64,000 nt of DNA from an uncultured bacterium (lineage in GTDB: Bacteria > Patescibacteriota > Minisyncoccia > Phycocordibacterales > GWA1-40-21), in assembly GCA_903832855.1 (NCBI GenBank), contig CAILDB010000014.1, positions 128,144 through 192,143 of the forward strand, written 5' to 3'. Positions 48,183 to 57,279 of the stretch are shown piece by piece. The notes under the pieces are model-generated. The model was not told the DNA's origin. It did no database searches and was given only the letters and a program-made list of their open reading frames with translations. Position numbers and translations under genes: made by a program. Numbering within the stretch: position 1 is the first letter of the stretch; the number at the start of each line of letters is the position of its first letter.

Positions 48183-48895
48183 TTTTTATTAAACCAAAAA
48201 CATCCACATCCATATTTTTGATCATTTACTAATTTAGGATTTGCGTCTTCTATAAAATCTCCGTTATCTGTTATTAAAGAAAATTCTTTCAGCGTTAATT
48301 CTTTAAAATAATCGGCTATTTGTTCAAACGAATATATTCTGTGTGCATTAAATTCTATCTTTGGTTTTCCTACAGGTACGACAAATAAAAGCGAGCCTTC
48401 CTTTGAAAGGACTCTTTTAAGTTCTGAAATAGCTTTTAAATCGCCATCAGGATCAAACTTATCACCATATCTACCAAGTCCAATGTGTTCCACTGTATGC
48501 ATACAAGAAAGAGAGGCGATACTATTGTCTGAAAAATCAAGATTTGTGAGATCTGCGTGTCTGCTTGTGAGTCCTGAGAGTTTTAGATCTGCAGGTCTAT
48601 AATCATAAAAATCTACCGGTATAAATGCAGAAACAATTCCAGAAAAATACAGGCTTGAAGATATGTCTATATGTTTTGTTGGACTTATTTCCTTTAATTT
48701 TCTAGCAGCCCAAGAAGTGTGGTATATGTAATGAGCATCAAAATTTGTTTTGATTGTTTTATCTTTTATACAAGGATAAAAATCAGAAAATTTTACGGTG
48801 AATCTTTTATTATGAAATTTAAAAAATTTTAGATAATCCAAGATTATGAAAGGGAAGAAAAGTATTCTAATTATTTTCTTAATAATTCTTTTCAT
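48179..48895 (-). CDS. Methyltransferase-like protein (Methyltransf_23/DUF268-like)
   Basis: CMHTVEHIGLGRYGDKFDPDGDLKAISELKRVLSKEGSLLFVVPVG is present. Confidence 0.45.
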   Translation of the reverse strand: MKRIIKKIIRILFFPFIILDYLKFFKFHNKRFTVKFSDFYPCIKDKTIKTNFDAHYIYHTSWAARKLKEISPTKHIDISSSLYFSGIVSAFIPVDFYDYRPADLKLSGLTSRHADLTNLDFSDNSIASLSCMHTVEHIGLGRYGDKFDPDGDLKAISELKRVLSKEGSLLFVVPVGKPKIEFNAHRIYSFEQIADYFKELTLKEFSLITDNGDFIEDANPKLVNDQKYGCGCFWFNKK

Positions 48896-49541
48896 ATATA
48901 GTGTTTACATAAGTGTCTGCAACTTTTTTGTAACCCAGCTCTTGCATATATGGATCAAAAATATTATTTAGTTTTTTGCCTTCATCGTCTTTTCTATATT
49001 CCATTGTCTCCAAAATTATAAAATGAGGCCTAAATTTCTTCCAATCATTACTTTTTAATACTTCCATTTCATATCCTTCTGTATCAATAGACATTAAATC
49101 TATTTCCTTATCATTGGTATATTTTGAAAGTACTTCCTTTAATGGGGAAACCGGTATCCTAATTATTTTTGATACTTTGTGTCCGGCCCTTTTGAATTCC
49201 TCCATTGAATTCTTATCAAGAGTGCTAAGCGTACTCTCATGAAAAACGTAAAAATCCAGTTCAGATTTTTCCGGTCCAATACCTATGTTTAAATTTATAT
49301 CCTTATTTCTAAAAAGTTTAAAGAGCCACCTTTTAGAAGGGTTTGGCTCAATATTTATACCCTTCCATCCCTTATTGTGAAATAAAAAAGTATTGTTTAG
49401 TCTTATTGGATGATTTGCCCCTATATCTACATAAAATCCATCTTTTTTATAAGGTATCAGGGACTCTATTATCAAATCCTCACCCCCTTGGCTACTTATT
49501 AATCTTATTCCAAATAATTTGAATAATATTTTATTTAACAT
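48879..49541 (-). CDS. FkbM-family methyltransferase
   Basis: FYVDIGANHP...GWKGINIEPNP...NIGIG...DFYVF...STLD is the FkbM domain pattern. Confidence 0.6.
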   Translation of the reverse strand: MLNKILFKLFGIRLISSQGGEDLIIESLIPYKKDGFYVDIGANHPIRLNNTFLFHNKGWKGINIEPNPSKRWLFKLFRNKDINLNIGIGPEKSELDFYVFHESTLSTLDKNSMEEFKRAGHKVSKIIRIPVSPLKEVLSKYTNDKEIDLMSIDTEGYEMEVLKSNDWKKFRPHFIILETMEYRKDDEGKKLNNIFDPYMQELGYKKVADTYVNTIYEKNY

Positions 49542-50481
49542 TCTGTTTAATTATATCAATTAACTTTTGGGCACAAATTTTGTCTGTCATATTGTTCATG
49601 ACCCATTCTCTTGGTTTAATATTTAAGTAAACATTATCATCTTTTAATATATTATCCAAGTCATTCAACTCTTTCCATTGCAGACCGTTTTCCTGATTTA
49701 AAAATGGGCAGGAGGATGTGCGTATTTTGTATTTAGGTTCAATTATTTCTGGATTCCACACTAGAGTAGGGACATCCATTGACCATGATTCAACCAGTGC
49801 CAAGCCCTGACTTTCTCCTTTACTTAGGAAAACTGATATTAAGGATTCTAATAATTTATCTTTAAATTCTTTCTCCTTATAATCCCCATATTTTATAGTT
49901 AAGGTTTGCCAACCATTTTCCTTCAGAATCCTTTTTACAGATAAATAAAAATTATTAGTATCATTCTTCTTATATATTAAAGCTATTTTTTCTTTTTTTA
50001 TAAAAATAGGTGACCAATATTTTTCATCAACTCCAGCTGGCCAGATATAAAGCTTATTTTTTAATTCAGGAACAGCAATGCTATAAAGTTCTTTTGTCCA
50101 TTCGCAATTTACTATAAAACCGTCTATTTCTTTTGAACTTAGTAAATCTTTTTCATTTCCTGGATTATTTATAATATTGGGTCCAGCAAATAGCTTTTCA
50201 ATTTTACCTTTTTGTTTCAGCTTGATTGCTGTTTCTAAGGCGCCAATATTGCTAAGAATTAATACTGTTTTATTTATGTCATCTATTTTTTTGGGATTAT
50301 AATTATAATTTATATGTAATTCATCTAGGCCAACAAGTAAACTTCTAGTAACAGCATAGTGCCCACCATATTTTAGGGAAAAACTTTTTCTTTGAATAAA
50401 TTTTTTGAACATCCGTAGACATCTTTTTATAAAAGACAATACGGGGTGTTTTGTTGAGTTTTCTGTAAAAATTGTGATCAT
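49531..50481 (-). CDS. Putative glycosyltransferase (GT-B-like)
   Basis: A weak GT1/GT4-like C-terminal region (SKGESQGLALVESWSMDVPTLV). It sits within the glycosylation cluster. Confidence 0.35.
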   Translation of the reverse strand: MITIFTENSTKHPVLSFIKRCLRMFKKFIQRKSFSLKYGGHYAVTRSLLVGLDELHINYNYNPKKIDDINKTVLILSNIGALETAIKLKQKGKIEKLFAGPNIINNPGNEKDLLSSKEIDGFIVNCEWTKELYSIAVPELKNKLYIWPAGVDEKYWSPIFIKKEKIALIYKKNDTNNFYLSVKRILKENGWQTLTIKYGDYKEKEFKDKLLESLISVFLSKGESQGLALVESWSMDVPTLVWNPEIIEPKYKIRTSSCPFLNQENGLQWKELNDLDNILKDDNVYLNIKPREWVMNNMTDKICAQKLIDIIKQNVK

Positions 50482-50576
50482 TTTTTTATTGCTATAAAAT
50501 TTGTTACTGTCATTATCTCATAATAATGCCTGTATTTTTTGATGGGGTAGTATCCATGTTTAAGTATTCTACATAT

Positions 50577-51236
50577 TTAATACTTTTTACCCAAAATATC
50601 AAAGAAATCTTTAAAAGTGTATTTCTCTTCTGATGGTGCACCAAATTCAAATTGAATCAGTTTTATATTATCATTTTCTATCATATTTTTAGAACCATTG
50701 AGAATTTTTAGTTCATATCCTTCAACATCGAGTTTGAGTAAGTCTATACTTTTTATATTGTGCTCAAGACAGTATTTGTCTAGGGTTATGATACTGATTT
50801 CCTCCGAGTATTGTGTTTTTGTATTTTTTATATCACCAATATACGCAGTACTGGACCCACTAACGCGAGAGAAAAGCATCTTTTTTTCTGTTCTATCCCC
50901 AAGAGCTAAATTTTCAGGATGAAATCCAGCTTCTTTTAGTAGAGATAATTCTAGGTAGGATTTTATTGATGGTTCAAATGAATAAACCATTGATTTTTTT
51001 GTGTAGAACTTTTTAAACAACCTGAACCATTCTCCAGTATGTGCACCGACATCAAAAATAATTGACATATTATCTGTTGATATTTTATCAAGTATTTTAA
51101 ATACCGATTTTTCTCCACTTGTCTCAACTGATTGCCCTTCTCCTATATTTAAAACCTTTAACGAAAAATTTAGTATACTTTCAAAAAAACTCTGAAATAC
51201 TGGTCTAGAAAAAAAATCTCTTATTATTGTTTTCAT
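50577..51236 (-). CDS. FkbM-family methyltransferase
   Basis: IIFDVGAHTGEW, SFEPS, LALGD and LLKLDVEGYELKIL are present. Confidence 0.6.
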   Translation of the reverse strand: MKTIIRDFFSRPVFQSFFESILNFSLKVLNIGEGQSVETSGEKSVFKILDKISTDNMSIIFDVGAHTGEWFRLFKKFYTKKSMVYSFEPSIKSYLELSLLKEAGFHPENLALGDRTEKKMLFSRVSGSSTAYIGDIKNTKTQYSEEISIITLDKYCLEHNIKSIDLLKLDVEGYELKILNGSKNMIENDNIKLIQFEFGAPSEEKYTFKDFFDILGKKY

Positions 51237-51466
51237 ATTATATAAACTTTATTTTTTAAGCCAAAAAATTATTTTTTCATTTATTTTCTTAAGCAAGAAT
51301 TTAATTCTAAAAGATGAAATAAATCTGCTTATTTTGTTAGGAAACGGATTTTTTATTACTTCTTCATATATTTTTTCTATATTTTTTATTTGATTTTTTA
51401 ATTCATATTTTTCTTGGAATCTCTGGAGTGATTTTTCTTTTCTATATTTCAGATAATTATTATTAG

Positions 51467-52447
51467 TCAGTATTTTTTAAGTTCACCTGCATATTCAATT
51501 TCATTTTTCACAACCATACCAGCCTCACCTATACATTCTATATGACCATTATTAATTGACGATATATGACTAATAATTGGTAAACCAAAAAACATAGCTT
51601 CTGCTATCGCTGTGGAGTTTACCTCGCCATCTTTTCTTCCATGAGCGTAAACATTTAATGTCTGCAGAAAATCATATATATCTTGCGGTTTCCCAGAATG
51701 TGGGATTTGTTTAAAATTTTTAATTTCTAATTTTTTTGCTTGTTCAGAATAAAGGTTACTTCCTCCCATTATTAGGAATTCTGTCTTTTCTGTTTCATTT
51801 TTTTTGTATGCTTCTAAGGGGAGAGGCGAGAAGATGTTGTCATCAATTCTTTGGTGAAAACCAAAAATAAATTTTTCATTTAGATTTAATTTATTTCTTA
51901 AGTTATTTTTAATCGGATCTATTTCCATTGGCTGAGAAACAATAACAACCCTTTTTCTATCTCCACCCATTTTTATCCATTTATCAGAACTCCATTTTGT
52001 TATGTGCATTACCCTAGAGATATTGTATTGATTATCTACTCCTGCAGATAAATGAAGACTATCAATAATCGGAGTTCTTTTAATTTTGTAAAAAGGATAT
52101 TCCGGATGGCCAGCTCTTCCTGTCTGAATAATATCATACTTATTTTCATCAAATTTTTGCCAGAAATTTGTATTTACCCAATCATGCGTTCTCTTTGTTA
52201 TATCTTTTGTTTCAACACTAAATTTAATCAAATTTACATCATGTTTTTCCATGTAGGTTTTCCTGTTCAAATCTGTATCGGCGTGTTTGTAATTTGATCC
52301 AATATATGGGGCCGAATCACAATAAAAATAAGTCACTTCAAAATTCTCTTTTGAAAGATTAGCGGCGATCGTTTGAAGGAATTTTTCTGTTCCTCCTGCC
52401 GAGAGGCCTCCAAATTTTATAAAAGCTATTTTTATTTTTTTATCCAT
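51467..52447 (-). CDS. Glycosyltransferase family 1/4 (GT-B)
   Basis: The C-terminal motif is NSTAIAEAMFFGLPIISHISSINNGHIE, an E..G.P-type motif. Confidence 0.55.
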   Translation of the reverse strand: MDKKIKIAFIKFGGLSAGGTEKFLQTIAANLSKENFEVTYFYCDSAPYIGSNYKHADTDLNRKTYMEKHDVNLIKFSVETKDITKRTHDWVNTNFWQKFDENKYDIIQTGRAGHPEYPFYKIKRTPIIDSLHLSAGVDNQYNISRVMHITKWSSDKWIKMGGDRKRVVIVSQPMEIDPIKNNLRNKLNLNEKFIFGFHQRIDDNIFSPLPLEAYKKNETEKTEFLIMGGSNLYSEQAKKLEIKNFKQIPHSGKPQDIYDFLQTLNVYAHGRKDGEVNSTAIAEAMFFGLPIISHISSINNGHIECIGEAGMVVKNEIEYAGELKKY

Positions 52448-53394
52448 TTAATATACTTATTTTTTATAACATTTCTTACATTATTTAGTTTAATTAACCA
52501 ATCAGGAAATTTTTTAGGATTTGGTTTCCTTTCCATTCTTTTTATAAATTCCTCATTTAATTCTTTGATATCCCAAATATCTAGCCCTTCAAAAAAACCT
52601 ATCCCATATTTATTAAACCAATCAATTATTTCTTTTAATTTACTATCATCCTGTGCGTTCGTAATTTTTTCTTCATCTATATCTAATCCATTAAACCAAT
52701 CTTTCTTCGTTTCGCTCACCCTAATACCTTGTTTTTCTTTAGAAACTAAATATCTTAGATTTATTTTTCGGACATCATTATTGTTGATTAATTCTGAACA
52801 TCTGTACCATGCCTGTTTCATTTGTGCTTTTTCAAATGCGACAAACTGAAAGTGTAATAGTGGAGTAAAAACTAAGTAATTATCAGTCGGGTAGAGATCT
52901 GGTATTCTTGATGTGTGGTCATTTATTATATAAATTTTTTTGTATTCATTTTTTCTATCATCCCAAAATGCTATTTTTTTCTGATTATTTTTCCAGGGGT
53001 TGTCTATTCTATATTTTCTAACACTTTTCCACAACTGTATCCAATTAAAACTGAAAGTATCACCTATTTTGGCTTTTCCAGAATTTATCGATTCATTTAT
53101 TTCTTTAAAAGCTGATGGAGGTAAAAGCTCGTCGGCGTCAAGACAAATAATTAAATTATTTCCATCTATTTTTCTGGCTTCGTCTAGGAGTAACCATCTT
53201 ATTTTATTACTGTGACTTTCGAAAGAGTTGTTGATTACCTTAACCTTAGGAAATTGTTTGCAGATTTCTAAACTTCTATCCGTCGATCTTTGGTCAGCGA
53301 TGATTATAAAATCTACCATCGATGAAATGTTTTTAAGCGTTTGCTCTAATATCCATTCCTCATTTTTTATTGGAATCAAAACTATTGTTTTCAT
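52432..53394 (-). CDS. Glycosyltransferase family 2
   Basis: MKTIVLIPIKNEEWILEQTLKNI...IIADQRSTDRS...CLDADELL is present. Confidence 0.6.
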   Translation of the reverse strand: MKTIVLIPIKNEEWILEQTLKNISSMVDFIIIADQRSTDRSLEICKQFPKVKVINNSFESHSNKIRWLLLDEARKIDGNNLIICLDADELLPPSAFKEINESINSGKAKIGDTFSFNWIQLWKSVRKYRIDNPWKNNQKKIAFWDDRKNEYKKIYIINDHTSRIPDLYPTDNYLVFTPLLHFQFVAFEKAQMKQAWYRCSELINNNDVRKINLRYLVSKEKQGIRVSETKKDWFNGLDIDEEKITNAQDDSKLKEIIDWFNKYGIGFFEGLDIWDIKELNEEFIKRMERKPNPKKFPDWLIKLNNVRNVIKNKYIKWIKK

Positions 53395-53396
53395 AA

Positions 53397-54095
53397 CTAT
53401 TTGATTATTCTGTTATTTTCTTCTGCTTGTAGTTTATTTTTACTTCCACTTAAACCTGTACCATCATTTGTAAAAATACCAGCAGTATTCTTTCCTAATG
53501 TAAATTTTATATTATTTTTTGCTGCCCTTGTTAGCCATTCAAAATCTCCTGCAATCTTAAAACTTGAATCAAAGTAACCGATTTTATTAAAAACATCTTT
53601 TTTAACCATAAAAAATGGTCCGCAGTGCATTTCTCTAGAAAATTTATCTTTATCAAATTCTAATGGCCTTATAACTACTGATTTTGCAAGTATGGGTATA
53701 TTAAATATTTTTACATATCTCTTATATCTGAAAGGAAAGTAAACTATTTCTGCCCCATTTTTTATTTCTTCTATTCCTTCAGTAATAGCTTCTGAAAATC
53801 GGTTATCATCAACATTCCAAAATGTAATTATTTGGTATTGAGCCTCACGAACTCCGCGATTCCATGTGGCATATAGAGACTCTCGTTCGCAAAAGATTAT
53901 TCGTGAAAGTAACCTATCATTATGCTCTAATTTTTTTAGTATAATTTTTTCTGTATCATTTGAGGCGTTTGAGATTATAAGAAATTCATGTTTAACTTTT
54001 TTTTTGGTAAATTCTATCGAGACACTTTCTGCATACTTTAAGAAGGCGCCGAGATATTTATCTGAATTATATAATGAGGTTATAATACTAATCAT
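53397..54095 (-). CDS. Glycosyltransferase family 2 (start trimmed to MISIITSLYN)
   Basis: ISIITSLYNSDKYLGAFL...LIISNASNDTE...FWNVDDNR is present. Confidence 0.55.
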   Translation of the reverse strand: MISIITSLYNSDKYLGAFLKYAESVSIEFTKKKVKHEFLIISNASNDTEKIILKKLEHNDRLLSRIIFCERESLYATWNRGVREAQYQIITFWNVDDNRFSEAITEGIEEIKNGAEIVYFPFRYKRYVKIFNIPILAKSVVIRPLEFDKDKFSREMHCGPFFMVKKDVFNKIGYFDSSFKIAGDFEWLTRAAKNNIKFTLGKNTAGIFTNDGTGLSGSKNKLQAEENNRIIK

Positions 54096-54997
54096 GTTTT
54101 TATAATAATTTTTGATTTTATCACATTTGAGATATTTTTCATAATAATGAAAATGAACAAAAATAGGCGATTTATATGTATATACCAACCGTAGGGTTTT
54201 TTATGTAGAAATTTAGGATTTATAAAATCTAATTTTTTATAATTCATTCGTATATTCCAAATAAATTGTTGAGGATTATCTTCGTATTTTCCAGAAAATA
54301 ATTCAATCGGTTCAATTTTTAGATACGGTATTTCTTTTTGTAACAATATACTAAGAAGTGTCGTATCATGACGAAATATTTTGCATTCACGTGTAATGGG
54401 TGTTTTGTTAACCCCCTTGCTCTTCCAAAGATCTATTTTTGAAAATCCTAGGCAAAGTCCTTCAATACCATATGCATAAATTTTTTCTGTGATAGGAGAA
54501 ATGCTTGAATTTCTTTTAAACCCAAAGATACCAGCCGCAATAACATTACTTGAAAGTTGACTGCTTGTAAGTTTAAAACGCTCAATATATTCATCGGGTG
54601 TTATGTCTGATATATTAACTTCAGTTCCTTGACTAACAGCAAGATAGTCTTGGGTGCTTATTTTTTCAAATAATCTGTCAAGAGGACGAAGTATTTGACA
54701 CCCAGCGTCTAAATAAAAATTAAGCTCAGTAATCGGTGTATTTAGAATATACGTTTTCCATGTATAACAAGATCTCCAATGATCAACAAAGTGGGGTATA
54801 TTCATAATATGTACCCAAGGTATTTTCTCTAATTCTTTTTTAAAAGTAAGAAATAAACCAAGATTATAAACATAGATATCCGGGTGACCAGGATAATTTT
54901 TTTCAATAGATCCTAATAGATTTAGTAATAATGGGAAAAATTTATTTGATGCTGATGTTATAATGCATTCAGAGTAATTACTTGAGTATTTTTTCAT
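54092..54997 (-). CDS. Putative GT-A-fold glycosyltransferase-like protein
   Basis: Cluster context and a DxD-like YLDAGCQIL. Assignment is weak. Confidence 0.3.
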   Translation of the reverse strand: MKKYSSNYSECIITSASNKFFPLLLNLLGSIEKNYPGHPDIYVYNLGLFLTFKKELEKIPWVHIMNIPHFVDHWRSCYTWKTYILNTPITELNFYLDAGCQILRPLDRLFEKISTQDYLAVSQGTEVNISDITPDEYIERFKLTSSQLSSNVIAAGIFGFKRNSSISPITEKIYAYGIEGLCLGFSKIDLWKSKGVNKTPITRECKIFRHDTTLLSILLQKEIPYLKIEPIELFSGKYEDNPQQFIWNIRMNYKKLDFINPKFLHKKPYGWYIHINRLFLFIFIIMKNISNVIKSKIIIKT

Positions 54998-55835
54998 ATA
55001 TTTTTTTGTTCCAATAATCCTGGAATATTATTTCACTATTTAATCCTGGCTTTTTTTCTAGGTATATTTTCTCAAGTTCTTTTTCCGAAAAAGAATTTAT
55101 TTCTTTCCAATCATTTATAATTAGCAAAGGTATCCCGGTTTTTTCCATATATTCGGACCAAGGATTTTTTTTGATGATCGGTATTATTCCGAGATATAAG
55201 GCTTCCCATGTGCGGTGACAATCTAGGCCTCTGCCTTGTGGGGATATTATGAATTTGTAATTTTTTATTTTTTTTAAATAATCTCTTTTGTTTAAACCAA
55301 TTATTTCATCGCAAATCGGACTATTTTTCAGGATTTTATCCAGAAGTATTCTTTCCTCGTGGCTGTTTTTAGAGAAACCCCAAACTATTTTGTTTATTTT
55401 AGGATCATCGGCGTATTTTAAAAGGTCTCTATTATTATAGCTTTTACATAAATTGTCTATACCTAGAGGAATCGGAGTAATTCTATCATTATTTACTAAA
55501 CAATTAAGAGCAAACCAATGTATTATATTTTTCCCCACTTTATCTTTGTATTTTTCAGTAACGTTTGTATCGTCGTTGTGACTGATAAGAATAAAAGGAT
55601 TTTCTATTTTGGAATATATTTTTTCAAAAAATTCATTTAAAAAATTACCTCTAACAAACACTATATCGTTTTTAAAAACTTGTTTCGGATTGAAATCAAA
55701 ATATTCGTCTAATACATGTTGAGCCATGGCCCTAAAAGAATTTCCACTGATAAAAGGAAAACTAGTAGGTTTGTGAGTTTTAAAACTTTTATTTAAAAAT
55801 CTTCGAATTTTTGTTTTTAACTCAAATAAACTCAT
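54978..55835 (-). CDS. Hypothetical glycosyltransferase-like protein
   Basis: Cluster context only. No strong motif. Confidence 0.25.
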   Translation of the reverse strand: MSLFELKTKIRRFLNKSFKTHKPTSFPFISGNSFRAMAQHVLDEYFDFNPKQVFKNDIVFVRGNFLNEFFEKIYSKIENPFILISHNDDTNVTEKYKDKVGKNIIHWFALNCLVNNDRITPIPLGIDNLCKSYNNRDLLKYADDPKINKIVWGFSKNSHEERILLDKILKNSPICDEIIGLNKRDYLKKIKNYKFIISPQGRGLDCHRTWEALYLGIIPIIKKNPWSEYMEKTGIPLLIINDWKEINSFSEKELEKIYLEKKPGLNSEIIFQDYWNKKIYEKILK

Positions 55836-57178
55836 TTTTTAAAAATATTTACGATTATTTTTCTTGATTGTTTGAATAGAATTAGGGATCCAAATGGAAT
55901 TAAGTATGAAATCAGACTTGCAAAGGCTGCCCCAGCCATTCCGTATTTTGGTATTAAGAAAATGTTTAATACTATATTAGTTATCATTCCGAGGAATGTA
56001 GTCATAGATATTATTTTTGTAAGATTTTCTGCCACTAATATTTGCTGGGCAAGCATATTTAAAGCTGCCCCTATGTTACTCCATACATATATTTGTAAGA
56101 CAGTCAGTGCTCCCAAAAAACCAGTGCCGAATATTATCGTTATTAAATATTTTGATAATATTGTGGTTGGCAGTGCAGTGATCAACGATACAAAGATTAG
56201 CACCCAAAATAGTTTTTTAATTCTTTTATAGTAAAGCGCCTCGGATGTTTTTTTTGCATTTATAATTGTAGGAAAAAGTGCGCCGGCAATAATATTTGGA
56301 ATAAAATACCAAACCTCTGATATTGCAACGGCTGAACCATAAAGCCCAACGGATTCTGCGTTCATCATATTTTTTATCATGACTTGGTCAATTCTTGCAT
56401 ATATTGCAAAAAATGCGGATGCAAAAATCAAAGGAAAAGAATCTTTTAAAATCGAGCGAGCGATTGGTCCATCAAATTTCCAATATTTTACTGTTCCAAA
56501 TTTTTTTATTCTAAAATATATGAAGCCGACGGCATAAAGTATCGGTTCAAGTAAGACAATTAATGCAAGGTATATGACACCCTTGCCATAAAAAATTACC
56601 ACAATTTTTAATATGTTTAAGATTAAGACTACGATTAAGGAAACAATAGATGGATACTTTGCTTTTACTTCCGCCTGGAATTCATAGTTTAGTAATTGAA
56701 AAGAACTAAACACAAAAGCTAAGCTGACAATAAAAATTAAAAGTAAAGAAACATCTTTTGGTGAAAAAATAAGCGCGGATGATATACAGATTATTATCGT
56801 GGCGATAGAAGCAATTATTCTGAGAGTTAAAGCAGTACCCATATATTCATTTCTTTTTTCCGGATATTTTATTAAATCTCTATACAGTATCTGATCTATA
56901 CCAAGGGCTGCCAAAAAACCAAATAGCCCGGTGAAACTTAAGGCATAACTAAGTTCTCCATAATTCATTGGACCTAGATTTCTAGCAATGTAAGCCATGG
57001 CAATGAAAGTGATTACCATACTTGCGATTTTTGCGGTAAATATCCATCCTATATTCTTTGAATGTTTCTGTACTCCAGGATGGCGGGCCTTTTCCTTCAA
57101 ATATGTCCAAAAAGTACGCCAATTGGTCAAATAATCAAGAATCGTCGGATTTGTTTGCTCTTGTTTTTCCATCTCCAT
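55832..57178 (-). CDS. Polysaccharide flippase (Wzx/MOP superfamily)
   Basis: A 448-aa protein with about 12 TM segments and a typical flippase N-terminus after a cytoplasmic leader. Confidence 0.65.
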   Translation of the reverse strand: MEMEKQEQTNPTILDYLTNWRTFWTYLKEKARHPGVQKHSKNIGWIFTAKIASMVITFIAMAYIARNLGPMNYGELSYALSFTGLFGFLAALGIDQILYRDLIKYPEKRNEYMGTALTLRIIASIATIIICISSALIFSPKDVSLLLIFIVSLAFVFSSFQLLNYEFQAEVKAKYPSIVSLIVVLILNILKIVVIFYGKGVIYLALIVLLEPILYAVGFIYFRIKKFGTVKYWKFDGPIARSILKDSFPLIFASAFFAIYARIDQVMIKNMMNAESVGLYGSAVAISEVWYFIPNIIAGALFPTIINAKKTSEALYYKRIKKLFWVLIFVSLITALPTTILSKYLITIIFGTGFLGALTVLQIYVWSNIGAALNMLAQQILVAENLTKIISMTTFLGMITNIVLNIFLIPKYGMAGAAFASLISYLIPFGSLILFKQSRKIIVNIFKK

Positions 57179-57279
57179 AATTCTGAATATCTTATCATAT
57201 TTGTGCTATAATACTACTTTCACTGGATTTTAAAAGTTTTTTGTTATAGATTATTGATATTATTATTAATTAAGAATAT

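Noticed and set aside
45849-57178. Plus-strand ORFs overlapping the minus-strand glycan cluster (e.g. 46264-46479, 50698-50922, 52052-52297, 52373-52849, 52915-53215, 53866-54105, 55872-56231)
   Set aside because: They are antisense to genes with clear GT, methyltransferase or flippase motifs. The products are low-complexity Phe/Ile/Ser.
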